64,000 bases of DNA. It comes from an uncultured Gammaproteobacteria bacterium. Its GTDB lineage: Bacteria; Patescibacteriota; Microgenomatia; Daviesbacterales; UBA10151. Under the pieces are notes generated by a model. That model did no database searches, was not told where the DNA came from, and saw only the letters and a list, made by a program, of their open reading frames with translations. The DNA lies in NCBI GenBank assembly GCA_964551605.1, contig CAZKCV010000006.1, forward strand, positions 70 through 64,069, in the 5' to 3' direction. Shown here piece after piece: positions 45,562-55,489 of the stretch. Position numbers and translations under genes: made by a program. How positions within the stretch are numbered: position 1 is the stretch's first letter; each line of letters begins with the position of its first letter.

Positions 45562-46860
45562 TTAAAGCTTAAACCTCCTATCAGCCAGAAAGGGATTAGG
45601 CTTGCGGCGGATTCCTGGTGAGGTTAGCAGGATGCCGCGCTGCAGGGTAAATTCTCCGTATTTGTCATTAATTTTATCCAAAGCCCGGGTGATAATTTCC
45701 TTTCTTTTAACTTCCGGCAAAAAGCTTAAATTCTGGGGAGTTTGTGGTCTAAGGTTGGAAACAGACAGACCTATCATCCTGATCTTTTCACCAGTCCAGA
45801 TTTGGTGAAAAATTTTCCAGGCTGCCTGAAAGATTTCCAGGCCGTCATTGGTAAAATGAATGGTGGTTTGCATGCTGTCACCGGAGAATACGTTCTCACG
45901 GTGTGCGGCTATCCCACCCCTGGGGTGGGATAGGTTGACACCGTATAGATCTAAAGCCTTTCTGTACCAGCAGTGGATGGTTTTACCGACCAGTCTTTTA
46001 GCCCTCAGTCTTCTGGCTACCATTTCTGAAAGTTTCAGTATGATTTGTTTAATCTCGGCCGGATTGTTTGTATCATGGCTAATGGTATGCCGGTGCCCGA
46101 TACTTTTTACCTCTCCTTTTTCGTAGAAAGGAATAATCGGTGAATGGTCAATACCCCTGGCCATGTTATACAGAATTTGGCCGTAACTTTTAAAGGAAGC
46201 CAGTAAGCTTGCTAAAGGTGCTTGCCTGAGCTGGTAAAAATTAGATATCCCTAAGTTATTAAGCCTTTTTTTAATCCGGGAGCCGATGCCGCAGATTTCA
46301 TCCAGCTCAATCCGGTCCAGAATTTTAATGGCCTCTTCCTGATTAGGAATGATTACTAAACCATCAGGTTTTTGTAGGGATCCGGCCAGCTTGGCCATTA
46401 ATTTGTTATAAGAGATGCCGATGGAACAAGTTATCACTTCACCAATTTCACTTCGAATTCTTCTTTTAATATCTAAAGCCATCGGTATAACATTGTGAGA
46501 AGATGTTTCTAAAAAACACTCATCTATAGAAAACACCTCTAGTTTTGAGCTGTAGTCTTTTAAGATATTTATAAATCTTTTGGTAGTTTCCAGATACTTA
46601 TCAGAATCCCCCGGTACCAAAATAATTTGCGGACAAAGCTTGCGGGCTTCCCAAATCTGCATCCCGGTTTTAACCCCATATTTCTTGGCCTCTACGGAAG
46701 CTGCACCTAAGACTGTTCTTTTCATTCTATCCCCTCCGGTTACTCCAATAGGTTTTCCCCGCAGCCTGGGGTTTGCCTGCTGTTCCACTGAAGCAAAATA
46801 AGAATTGAAGTCAATGTGTAATATAGCTTTCATAAGCTTGCCCTTGTCAAAAATTGTCAT
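45562..46860 (-). CDS. dinB: Y-family DNA polymerase (DinB/Pol IV-like) with an extra insert
   Basis: 'ILHIDFNSYFASVE' and 'SIDECFLE' catalytic motifs. At 432 aa it is longer than typical Pol IV. Confidence 0.75.
   Translation of the reverse strand: MTIFDKGKLMKAILHIDFNSYFASVEQQANPRLRGKPIGVTGGDRMKRTVLGAASVEAKKYGVKTGMQIWEARKLCPQIILVPGDSDKYLETTKRFINILKDYSSKLEVFSIDECFLETSSHNVIPMALDIKRRIRSEIGEVITCSIGISYNKLMAKLAGSLQKPDGLVIIPNQEEAIKILDRIELDEICGIGSRIKKRLNNLGISNFYQLRQAPLASLLASFKSYGQILYNMARGIDHSPIIPFYEKGEVKSIGHRHTISHDTNNPAEIKQIILKLSEMVARRLRAKRLVGKTIHCWYRKALDLYGVNLSHPRGGIAAHRENVFSGDSMQTTIHFTNDGLEIFQAAWKIFHQIWTGEKIRMIGLSVSNLRPQTPQNLSFLPEVKRKEIITRALDKINDKYGEFTLQRGILLTSPGIRRKPNPFLADRRFKL
45911..45946. repeat. 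REP-like element (TCCCACCCCTGGGGTGGGA hairpin plus TAGGTTGACACCGTA) inside the dinB coding sequence
   Basis: Read directly; in frame it encodes 'YGVNLSHPRGGIA'. Confidence 0.6.
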
Positions 46861-47170
46861 TTAGACAATTTTTGCAAGCGATCTCCTTTGATCAAAACAA
46901 TTTCTTTAAGATTTTAATTGTTTTGATCTTCAGTCCGATTCCACTGCCTCCAGTAGCCATCTCATTTCTTTGGTATCAAATTTTAATCTGTAAAAGTTCC
47001 CGCCTGAGCTGACGGAAAAATGGTAAAATAGCGAAACACCTTCTTTGGAAGTGTGGATCAGGTTGATTTTATCTATTTTGATTTCTCTGTCATGCCAGAA
47101 AAATGAATGAGGTTGTATGCAGTTTTGTTTAAAAAAGACCCAAACATTAATAGGTTCCTCTATTTCTAAC

Positions 47171-48949
47171 ATGATCTCTATTATTACCCGAAACAAACCC
47201 AAAGATCAATATGTAAGTTTACTGCTTTTAACTTTAGCCTTTTTACTGTTGCCTTCTTCTGCCTATGCCATTGTTGATCCTTTATCAGTACCCAACAATA
47301 AGTTTGGTATTCATATTATTCAGGCAACTCCTGATGAGTCCTCCCCGGCTGCCTCGCTTGTTAATACCAACGGCGACTGGGGCTATGTTACTGTTTTAGT
47401 TGAAAGCAAAGACAGAAACCATGAAAAATGGCAGGAATTTTTTAATGACCTGCGGCGCCGGCACTTAATTCCCCTGGTCAGATTAGCCACCCAGCCGCAA
47501 AACGGCGGTTTCTGGATAAGGCCCTATGAAGGGGAAGAAATAGCCTGGGCCGACTTTCTGGACCGGTTAATTTGGCCTACCAAAAATCGTTATGTGATTG
47601 TCTATAATGAGCCGAATCATGCTCAGGAATGGGGAAATTATGTTGACGCTAAAGATTATGCAAAAGTGCTGGATCGGACTATTGCAGCGCTAAAACTTAA
47701 AAATAGTGACTTTTTTGTACTCAACGGCGGCTTTGATGCCTCTGCCCCCCCGCGGGCGCCAAAATATGAAGACCAGCTGACCTTTATGCAGCAGATGAAT
47801 GAAGCTGTACCCGGGATATTTGAGAGGCTGGATGGCTGGACATCGCACTCTTATCCTAATCCGGAATTTGCCGGTTCCCCTGATGATAATGGCCGGGGTA
47901 CAATCAGGACCTATCTTTGGGAAATGGGGCAGCTTAAAAGCTTAGGGGTTAAAAAGGAATTGCCTATTTTTATTACAGAGACCGGCTGGAGGCATGCGGA
48001 AGGCATTAATCATGATGCCCGGTTACCGGATGCAGAAACCGTGGCCGGTTATTATAAAAAAGCCTTTGAAAATGCCTGGAGTTCAAATCGGATTGTGGCT
48101 ATCACTCCCTTTTTATTAAGCTACCAGGAAGCTCCTTTTGACCATTTTTCATTTAAGAAATTGACCGGTGAAAAACAACAGGAAAAACTTCCCGATACTA
48201 AAGTCCTGGGTGTTCAGTACCCGGAATATTACTCCATGTACCAAACGCTGATGGATCTGCCAAAGGTCAGTGGTAAACCCTTGCAGGAAACAAAAGCTAA
48301 ACTGACAAAAGGGGAGGTTTACAGCTCCATTGTTTCCGGTGAAACTTATTCTATCTCCCTGACTTTTAAGAATACCGGTCAATACATCTGGAATGACGGG
48401 GAAGCAGTAAGGCTGGTTCCCTTAAACGGCAGCCGGGAATTAGGTATTGACAGTGTAAACTTGCCGGAAGATAAGAGGATTGAACCAGGAGAGGAATATA
48501 CCTTTAAGTTAAACTTAAAAGCTCCGGAGAGCGGAACATATGACGTGGCTTTCAATTTATTTATGGGAAACAACCAGTTTGAATCCAAGCCTGTCCGGTT
48601 CACTACGCAGGTTAAATCGCCGGTTATCCTAAAAATTATCAGTGCCTTAGGATGGAAGAAGGATTTTGCAGGTACTTACATATTAAAGGTTAAGGGTGTA
48701 AGCGGGGAAAGTGCTCAAAGCGTAAACCTTAATAAAAAAGGCGTCTCCCCGGAAATAGAAGCCAGGTTTTTACTGCCTGATTACTTATTTGAATTTTCTT
48801 TGGAAAAACCGTATTACAAACCAAGGGTTATTAACCAGAAACTATCTGCCGGGGTTAATACCATAGACTTTGGTACCCTGCAGCCTGATATATTATCTGC
48901 CATCCTCCATCCCACTGAATTCTGGAACCTGTTGCCATTTTCTCAATAA
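47171..48949 (+). CDS. secreted GH5-like glycoside hydrolase with C-terminal beta-sandwich domains
   Basis: Signal peptide; 'VIVYNEPNH' (acid/base Glu) and 'IFITETGW' (nucleophile Glu) in GH5 order. Start trimmed to the signal-peptide Met. Confidence 0.5.
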   Translation: MISIITRNKPKDQYVSLLLLTLAFLLLPSSAYAIVDPLSVPNNKFGIHIIQATPDESSPAASLVNTNGDWGYVTVLVESKDRNHEKWQEFFNDLRRRHLIPLVRLATQPQNGGFWIRPYEGEEIAWADFLDRLIWPTKNRYVIVYNEPNHAQEWGNYVDAKDYAKVLDRTIAALKLKNSDFFVLNGGFDASAPPRAPKYEDQLTFMQQMNEAVPGIFERLDGWTSHSYPNPEFAGSPDDNGRGTIRTYLWEMGQLKSLGVKKELPIFITETGWRHAEGINHDARLPDAETVAGYYKKAFENAWSSNRIVAITPFLLSYQEAPFDHFSFKKLTGEKQQEKLPDTKVLGVQYPEYYSMYQTLMDLPKVSGKPLQETKAKLTKGEVYSSIVSGETYSISLTFKNTGQYIWNDGEAVRLVPLNGSRELGIDSVNLPEDKRIEPGEEYTFKLNLKAPESGTYDVAFNLFMGNNQFESKPVRFTTQVKSPVILKIISALGWKKDFAGTYILKVKGVSGESAQSVNLNKKGVSPEIEARFLLPDYLFEFSLEKPYYKPRVINQKLSAGVNTIDFGTLQPDILSAILHPTEFWNLLPFSQ

Positions 48950-49138
48950 GAGGGCAATACTTCCGGGGTGGGCTTTGACTCCCCGGAGGTGGAGTGAAGT
49001 TGCTATATTTTGACCTATTTCGTCATAGTTGACGGATGTGTAATTTAGATGTAAAGTGATTAGACCTGTTAAAAACTTTGAGTCGCAAGACAATTAGTTT
49101 TTTATCAGTCGTAAGACAGATATTAACAGGTTCTCTAA

Positions 49139-49164
49139 GGAAGCTCCGCAAGGAGCTTTTTTAG
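49139..49164 (+). terminator. intrinsic terminator (AAGCTCC-GCAA-GGAGCTT followed by TTTTT)
   Basis: Read directly. Confidence 0.5.
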
Positions 49165-49251
49165 TGGCGTAGCCGCGAAATTTATTTCAGTGCGTAGCGC
49201 CACCTGTGGAGAATTAAAGAATAAACTGTTAAAATAGGTATAGGTAGAAAT

Positions 49252-49324
49252 GGTGGTCGTAGCTCAATGGTAGAGCATCAGATTGTGGATCTGACGGTTT
49301 GCGGGTTCAAATCCCGTCGACCAC
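49252..49324 (+). tRNA. tRNA-His (anticodon GTG) with G-1
   Basis: G-1 paired to discriminator C, acceptor GTGGTCG/CGACCAC, anticodon loop TTGTGGA. Confidence 0.75.
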
Positions 49325-49340
49325 CCATTTTAAGTAGAAG

Positions 49341-49919
49341 TTATACAACCAGTCTGATCATTTCTTCCAAAAGATCCAGGGTCCCTTGTTTTTTTGCCCA
49401 TTTTTTTAGATAGTCATAATCGAGCTTATTTTTTATTATTGCCATTACCGAATGGATATCTTCTAGTTGTCTGGTTGATTTGGATTCACCAAACCAAAGT
49501 AGCTTTCTTAAGATTAAATCTTCCGGTGAACTAAATTTAACCGGTAGCCCTGAGATATTTCTTACTACAACTCTTTTTAATCTTGTTTGATCAAATTCTG
49601 AGGACTGTAGAATCCAAAAATCAACTTTCATACTGCTGCTATCATCAATAAAATTAAATTCACTTTTAGACTTTAGTGCCTCATTAATAGCATCCTCATC
49701 AATGTATCCTTCTTTTGCAAGGGTTGCTACTAATTTATTAACTTTTTCCTTCTTAAGCTCTATGACTATATCTATATCGGCTGTATAACGAGGTCTTCCC
49801 CAAACTACTATTGCCACTCCACCAGTAACCAAATAGGGAATATTTAATTTATGTAGAATTTTAGCGACTTTTTTTAATGTATTCTCTAATTCCATCTGTG
49901 TTATGGTAAATTTTATCAA
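49341..49919 (-). CDS. minimal nucleotidyltransferase (AbiEii/DUF1814-like motif)
   Basis: 'GGVAIVVWGRPRYTADIDIVI' equals GG..x9..R..[ST].D[IL]D. Confidence 0.4.
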   Translation of the reverse strand: MIKFTITQMELENTLKKVAKILHKLNIPYLVTGGVAIVVWGRPRYTADIDIVIELKKEKVNKLVATLAKEGYIDEDAINEALKSKSEFNFIDDSSSMKVDFWILQSSEFDQTRLKRVVVRNISGLPVKFSSPEDLILRKLLWFGESKSTRQLEDIHSVMAIIKNKLDYDYLKKWAKKQGTLDLLEEMIRLVV

Positions 49920-50214
49920 CTCCAGAGATCATTTTAGCAGAGTGCCAGAATGATGAAATCAGTTTAATCTTCTTTTCAGCAGACATCTTTCGAAAGATAT
50001 TATCCTGAATTTGCCGGGCTGTTTTTCTCATCAAATTGATTATACCATCACCCACACCAGGGAATTATTTGAATCTAATTATTAAAGCTAAGGGGGACAT
50101 AGCCTCTCTGGCCCGGGAAAGGTTTTTTCATTTCATAATTTATAAAAGCCTTTTTCTCTCATTAAAATAATCATCTTACAACCTCCGGCTAAATGCAACT
50201 ATATCAAAGTTTGT

Positions 50215-50490
50215 TTACAGCATCCTAACTGCAAAATTTTCCAATAAAATACTGTAAACCATTAGTCTTTCTGCGCAGTTCTGATCTAAATTTTGATCAG
50301 GTCTTACCTTATCTAAAACCTGCCTTATATATGTAGGTACAACTGTAGGCTTTATTTCTTTTTTTCTTTCCAGAGCCTCCTGAAAAAATCTTTCTGCCAT
50401 TTTTGATGAACCGCGATTTATTCCTATGGCCGCTCTATTTAAGTCAAGAGCCATAGAACCTAAACTGATTTTTAGTTGATTCATAAACAA
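50215..50490 (-). CDS. hypothetical protein
   Basis: 91 aa. Confidence 0.3.
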   Translation of the reverse strand: MFMNQLKISLGSMALDLNRAAIGINRGSSKMAERFFQEALERKKEIKPTVVPTYIRQVLDKVRPDQNLDQNCAERLMVYSILLENFAVRML

Positions 50491-50505
50491 TTTTTCAAGC
50501 TTTGT

Positions 50506-50844
50506 TTATAATACTTCCTTGAAAAAGAATTTTGTTAATTCCTCATAAACTTTTCTAATTTCAGGATTCTGGATTTGATTACTTGTATTATTATCATTCG
50601 GCCGGATATTAATAAATGAATTAAAATCTATAACCTCAGTTTCTGCATCAATTCCCCCGCCCCAGATATCAGATTGCTTTGATCCCTGTTCCATAAGGAT
50701 ACTTTCTCCTTCAAAATGCTTATCCATTCCGGCCGAACAAATTTTCTTTTCTACATCAATTACTGTTTTTATGTAGCTATCAAAAACTTCCTTTAGGTTC
50801 TCAATTTCTTCTTTAGTAAAAGGCTGGGATTTAGTAATAATCAC
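50506..50844 (-). CDS. hypothetical protein
   Basis: 112 aa. Confidence 0.3.
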   Translation of the reverse strand: MIITKSQPFTKEEIENLKEVFDSYIKTVIDVEKKICSAGMDKHFEGESILMEQGSKQSDIWGGGIDAETEVIDFNSFINIRPNDNNTSNQIQNPEIRKVYEELTKFFFKEVL

Positions 50845-50904
50845 AAAAAGTATTTTAGCACAGTGTACGAAATTTTCTTCAATGTAAGGTTTCGGAAAAG
50901 GATT

Positions 50905-51354
50905 CTATTTTTTGGCTTCGTTATCCCGCATTTTGGCACTAATTACCCTCTCGCCTACTATTACATCCTGTTTGGAATGAAGGGCAAATGGTAACTTTGC
51001 TATCTCATGAAAATCCACCCAGGAGCAGGTATCATCTTTGATATCACTTAGGATTTGAGGGTTTTTGACTTCGGCATAAAAAACAAAATTAATTTTTTCC
51101 TGTGCATCATGAAAATAATCATAAACCGGATAAATATCCTTAGATTTAAGTTCTAAATTAAGGGATTCGTTTATGATCCGCTGAAAAGTTGTTTGTGCTT
51201 CTTCCCCTGTACTGCTTTCCCCGCCGAATGTAGACCATAAAGAGTCAGTACTATCTTTTTCCCGGGGCGCTACTAAAAGGATCTGGTGGGTTTTCCGGCT
51301 GTAAAGGAATCCGCTGGCATAAAAGGAGGTTTGCACAAAGCCACTATAACACAA
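50905..51354 (-). CDS. NUDIX-like hydrolase domain protein (degenerate Nudix box)
   Basis: 'GGESSTGEEAQTTFQRIINESL' approximates Gx5Ex7REUxEE. Confidence 0.35.
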   Translation of the reverse strand: MCYSGFVQTSFYASGFLYSRKTHQILLVAPREKDSTDSLWSTFGGESSTGEEAQTTFQRIINESLNLELKSKDIYPVYDYFHDAQEKINFVFYAEVKNPQILSDIKDDTCSWVDFHEIAKLPFALHSKQDVIVGERVISAKMRDNEAKK

Positions 51355-51362
51355 ATGAAAAG

Positions 51363-52610
51363 TTAATGCTCGACAAAGGTCAGGGCAAAACCTGTTTTTC
51401 CGGCCCGGCCTGTCCTGCCGATTCTGTGAATATAATCATCATATGTTTGCGGCAGGTCATAATTTATGACATGGGTGACATTATCAATATCCAAGCCCCG
51501 GGAAGCTACATCCGTAGCCAGAAGAATTTGTATTTCGTTTTGCTTAAAACTTTGGAGGACTCTTTGCCTTTGACTTTGCCTTTTATTGCCATGAATGGCT
51601 CCTACTTTAAAACCGCGGAATTCCAGCTCCTTATTTAGTTTTTCAATCCCGTGCTTGGTCCTGCCGAATATCATTACTTTATCAAAGCCATCCTTAATTA
51701 AAAGGTCATGTAACCGGTCTATCTTTTTATCCATGCTGTCAATTTTAACTACATCCTGCATGACATTTTCAGAAGTATCCTGCTTTTTAACGGAAACTGT
51801 AACCGGATCGTTGACAAAAGAGTGCAGGATATCCTGTATTTTAGAAGGAATGGTAGCGGAGAAGAAAAGGGATTGCCTTGCCTTCGGCATTTGGGAGATA
51901 AAATATTTCACATCATTAATAAAGCCGATATCTACCATCAAATCCACTTCATCCAGGACAATATGGGAATAATCCTCTAAATATATGGCCCTTCGCTCAA
52001 TTAAGTCCTTTAAACGGCCGGGTGTGGCAATTACTAAGTGGGGATTTCTTCGAAGATCCTGGATTTGCCGGTGCATATTGGTGCCGCCGATTAAAAAGGC
52101 GGAAAAAAGTTTCATATTCCGGCTTAAAGCCCTGAATTCTTCGTTAATCTGTATAGCCAGTTCCCTGGTAGGAACAATAATTAAAGCCTTTTGGTCTCTA
52201 TTAAGATAAATTTTATTGATAAGGGGAATTAAAAAAGCGGCGGTTTTACCGGTACCGGTAGAGGCTAATCCGATGACATCCCGGCCTTCTAAGATAGGTT
52301 CGATGGCTCTGGCCTGAACAGGGGTTGGTTTTGTATAGCCTAATAGGGAGATGTTTTGTTTGATGGCCGGATGCAGGTTGAAGCCTTCAAAATTTTGTGT
52401 CTCCTCCTGAAGCTCTTCCTGGATAATTGGGGCGGCCTTTCGGATAAACATGTTAATATCTGCACCTTCCAACCGGCTTCTTCTTTGATTGCCGCCTCTT
52501 CTGTTTGAAAAAGTTCTTTGGTTATTAAACCCGCCTCTTTGAGGGGGCCTGGAGAATGAACCACTATGGCGGATTGATGTCCTTTTTCGGTATCTGTTGC
52601 TGTTATACAT
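51363..52610 (-). CDS. DEAD-box (DEVD) ATP-dependent RNA helicase with Arg-rich N-terminus
   Basis: Q-motif, 'ASTGTGKT', 'DEVD', 'SAT', 'HRIGRTGRAG'. Confidence 0.85.
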   Translation of the reverse strand: MYNSNRYRKRTSIRHSGSFSRPPQRGGFNNQRTFSNRRGGNQRRSRLEGADINMFIRKAAPIIQEELQEETQNFEGFNLHPAIKQNISLLGYTKPTPVQARAIEPILEGRDVIGLASTGTGKTAAFLIPLINKIYLNRDQKALIIVPTRELAIQINEEFRALSRNMKLFSAFLIGGTNMHRQIQDLRRNPHLVIATPGRLKDLIERRAIYLEDYSHIVLDEVDLMVDIGFINDVKYFISQMPKARQSLFFSATIPSKIQDILHSFVNDPVTVSVKKQDTSENVMQDVVKIDSMDKKIDRLHDLLIKDGFDKVMIFGRTKHGIEKLNKELEFRGFKVGAIHGNKRQSQRQRVLQSFKQNEIQILLATDVASRGLDIDNVTHVINYDLPQTYDDYIHRIGRTGRAGKTGFALTFVEH

Positions 52611-52834
52611 ATTGTTTAAAAATTGGATTCTTCTTCTCCCAACTTAAAAGAAGAGAGACAGAAGAATATTAAAATAATTGAAGAAGAAAAAACTAATATT
52701 TGAAAATTAGTAGGGAGCTACTTTAAGAAGATCTAATCAATGAAGAAAAAATATCTGCTAGCTCAAATTCTAAATCAACTTTTATAAGTCTAGCATACTT
52801 CTTATCTAAAAGCAAATTTTGCTATACTTAGCTC

Positions 52835-53347
52835 ATGAAATTGGTTTTACCATCAGTTAAATATCAAAAATCATATTTGGAGGCTCTGGAGGAGGCTAAG
52901 GATGAAACAGGAGTTACGGTGTTAACTAAGCCCGAGGCAAACCAAACCTTTGGGCAATTTGTTAAAAGGAAGGTCGAAGTGGCAAAAGGTTTAAATTTAC
53001 CTGAAGGCTGGGTCCCGGCTACTGAACTGTGGCTAATAGATAAAGATGAATTTATCGGCCGTGTTTCCATTCGCCACCGGTTAACAGAGAACCTGTTAAA
53101 GCTCGGCGGCCATATTGGTTATTATATCCGGCCTTCCAAAAGAAAAATGGGATATGGAAAAATGATCCTGAAACTGGCCTTAAAGGAAGCAAAAAAATTA
53201 GGGATTTTTAAGGCTTTGGTAACTTGTGATGATACTAATTTAGGCTCAGCTAAAATTATTGAAGCAAATGGCGGGATATTAGAAAATATGGTTGAAAATG
53301 GCCAGGATAATCCCTTAAAGAGGCGTTACTGGATAAAAGTAAGATAA
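52835..53347 (+). CDS. GNAT-family N-acetyltransferase
   Basis: Motif A 'KRKMGYGKMILKLAL'. Confidence 0.55.
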   Translation: MKLVLPSVKYQKSYLEALEEAKDETGVTVLTKPEANQTFGQFVKRKVEVAKGLNLPEGWVPATELWLIDKDEFIGRVSIRHRLTENLLKLGGHIGYYIRPSKRKMGYGKMILKLALKEAKKLGIFKALVTCDDTNLGSAKIIEANGGILENMVENGQDNPLKRRYWIKVR

Positions 53348-53376
53348 TTCCACTATAGGTTGTATTTAATATCTTT

Positions 53377-53865
53377 TTGTTATATAATTTCCGGAGAATG
53401 CAAGAACTTAACTTTGTATATACCATCAATGCCCAAATAGAAGAAACGCATGATGAGGAATCAGTTGGGCTTATAGATTATTCCTTACCAGGAGAAGAAA
53501 CCGGCTTTGTAAAATTAGAAAGAGTGAAAGTAGACATCGGTTATCGGCGAAGAGGTATTGGTAAAGAACTAGTATCAAGATTTGTAAAAGCAGTGGGTTC
53601 CGGACGTAGGGTTATTACCACTCCTATTATTAATGAGGAAAGTTTAAAAGCATTAGAAGATCTGGAACCCCAGCGTAAAGCTGATGAAGCCGTAACTGTT
53701 GTTTTCAAAGAGCCTGAAATATTAAGAACTATTCCACTTGTAAGGCTATTGGAATCAGGTAATCTTAGTGTTGCATCAGTAACTGTTGAGTATAATCCTA
53801 GAAATGGTTTGCAAAATCCTCATTTTCTAATTCGCGAAGCGAAAATACGTGGCGTCACCGGGTGA
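53377..53865 (+). CDS. GNAT-like acetyltransferase (weak)
   Basis: 'YRRRGIGKELV'. Confidence 0.35.
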   Translation: MLYNFRRMQELNFVYTINAQIEETHDEESVGLIDYSLPGEETGFVKLERVKVDIGYRRRGIGKELVSRFVKAVGSGRRVITTPIINEESLKALEDLEPQRKADEAVTVVFKEPEILRTIPLVRLLESGNLSVASVTVEYNPRNGLQNPHFLIREAKIRGVTG

Positions 53866-53908
53866 TATAGAATCAGGCTTGAATCGCTATACGATATAAT
53901 CTAGCATT

Positions 53909-54877
53909 ATGAATTTCTGGCAAAAGCTCAAAAAGCCTTTTTTTATTTTAGCCCCTATGGATGGGGTAACTGATACGGTTTTCCGGCAGATTGTAGCCTC
54001 TGTGGGTAAACCGGACGTGTTTTTAACCGAATTTGTACCGGTTGATGCCTTAATGTCGAAGCACTCTGAGAGGGCTTTGGAAACCCTAAAATTTACAGAA
54101 TCTGAAAGGCCGATGGTAGCCCAAATCTGGGGGTCTGAACCGGAGAAGTTTTACAAAGTAGCCCAAATGCTTGCCCAAATGAAATTTGATGGCATAGATA
54201 TCAATATGGGCTGTCCGGATAAAGCTGCGGTAAGAAAAGGCGGCTGTTCTGCTTTAATTAAAAATCCCCAACTGGCTGTAGAGATTATTGAGGCCACCAT
54301 CAAAGGAGCCGGTGGTTTGCCTGTCAGTGTGAAAACCAGGATCGGTTTTAGCAGCATTGATACTGAAAACTGGGTTACCTCCCTGCTGCAAACCCCTATT
54401 TCAGCTTTAATTCTGCACCTTCGGACAGTCAGGGAAATGTCCAAACCTCCGGCTCATTGGGATGAAATCAGTAAAGCCGTTCTGGTCAGAAATAAAATCA
54501 AATCCAAAGCCCTCATTATTGGCAATGGGGATATAAAAAGCCTTAAAGAGGCCAGAGATAAGTGTCTGGAATACGGAATAGACGGAGTAATGATAGGCCG
54601 GGGTATTTTTGAAAATCCCTGGGTTTTCAATGAAAAAATAGATATAGAGAAAGTTTCCCGGGAAGATAAAATAGCTTTGTTTGTCAGACACCTGGAACTA
54701 TATAAAACAGTCTGGGGGCAAAAGAAAAACTTTGCCAACATGAAAAAATTTGTTAAAACCTATGTCAAAGGCTTCAGGGAAGCCACCGAAGTCCGGGAAG
54801 ATTTAATGCGGACTAAAAGCATTGATGAATTAATCCAAAAATCCCAACTAACCCACCCCCGGGGTGGGTTAGGTTGA
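53909..54877 (+). CDS. dus: tRNA-dihydrouridine synthase
   Basis: 'ILAPMDGVTD' plus a TIM-barrel FMN-site Cys. The C-terminus 'LTHPRGGLG*' is encoded by a REP-like element. Confidence 0.8.
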   Translation: MNFWQKLKKPFFILAPMDGVTDTVFRQIVASVGKPDVFLTEFVPVDALMSKHSERALETLKFTESERPMVAQIWGSEPEKFYKVAQMLAQMKFDGIDINMGCPDKAAVRKGGCSALIKNPQLAVEIIEATIKGAGGLPVSVKTRIGFSSIDTENWVTSLLQTPISALILHLRTVREMSKPPAHWDEISKAVLVRNKIKSKALIIGNGDIKSLKEARDKCLEYGIDGVMIGRGIFENPWVFNEKIDIEKVSREDKIALFVRHLELYKTVWGQKKNFANMKKFVKTYVKGFREATEVREDLMRTKSIDELIQKSQLTHPRGGLG

Positions 54878-54885
54878 CACCGTAC
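54849..54885. repeat. REP-like element (CCCACCCCCGGGGTGGG plus TTAGGTTGACACCGTA) overlapping the dus stop
   Basis: Read directly. Confidence 0.6.
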
Positions 54886-54908
54886 TTAAGACATTGGCCG
54901 GATAGGGT

Positions 54909-55157
54909 TCATTTCACTTTACTTTTGAGCTGTTTGGTAGCAGTTTTTCTGACAGCATCTTTCAATTGGAATGCCCTCTGGGTAATTTCTTTTAAGACTT
55001 TATTGCCTTCTTTTTGCAGGCTTTCTAAGGTTTTCTCCACCTTTTTTCTGTTTTTTTCATCAGATAAAGCTATAGCAGCTGCGGCAGCGGCCGCACCAAT
55101 TACAGCTCCTGCAACACCTGTTGCTAAAGGATTTAACCCCTTTTTTTCATTTGCCAT
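54909..55157 (-). CDS. YtxH-like small membrane protein (paralog of 16735..16986)
   Basis: 'LATGVAGAVIGAAAAAAAIAL' Gly/Ala zipper plus a basic coiled tail. Confidence 0.45.
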   Translation of the reverse strand: MANEKKGLNPLATGVAGAVIGAAAAAAAIALSDEKNRKKVEKTLESLQKEGNKVLKEITQRAFQLKDAVRKTATKQLKSKVK

Positions 55158-55252
55158 GATTAGTTATGAGTTCAGAGTTCATAGTTCGTAGTATTTTCTA
55201 TAAACTAATAACTAAAGTTCGGCAAAGCCGAACGTACTCTGAACTTATTTTC

Positions 55253-55489
55253 TCACCTCCCTCTTTTTAAGATTTTCCCAAGAATACCTAAAACAATAGC
55301 CGGCAGCGCAGCCAGAAATCTCATCTGGATTTTTTCCCTGATACTTTGGCTGGTATCCTGCAGGGAATCTGCTAATCTTATAATAGCTCTTAAGGCCTTT
55401 ATTAAAAAGAAAGTGATAATAACTGCACAAGCGGAAATAACCAAAAGTCCTACAACCAATAAAATATTAATTACTTCCTGCACAGACAT
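55253..55489 (-). CDS. DUF948-like small membrane protein
   Basis: N-terminal TM plus coiled coil, adjacent to the YtxH-like gene as in the Firmicutes ytx loci. Confidence 0.4.
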   Translation of the reverse strand: MSVQEVINILLVVGLLVISACAVIITFFLIKALRAIIRLADSLQDTSQSIREKIQMRFLAALPAIVLGILGKILKRGR

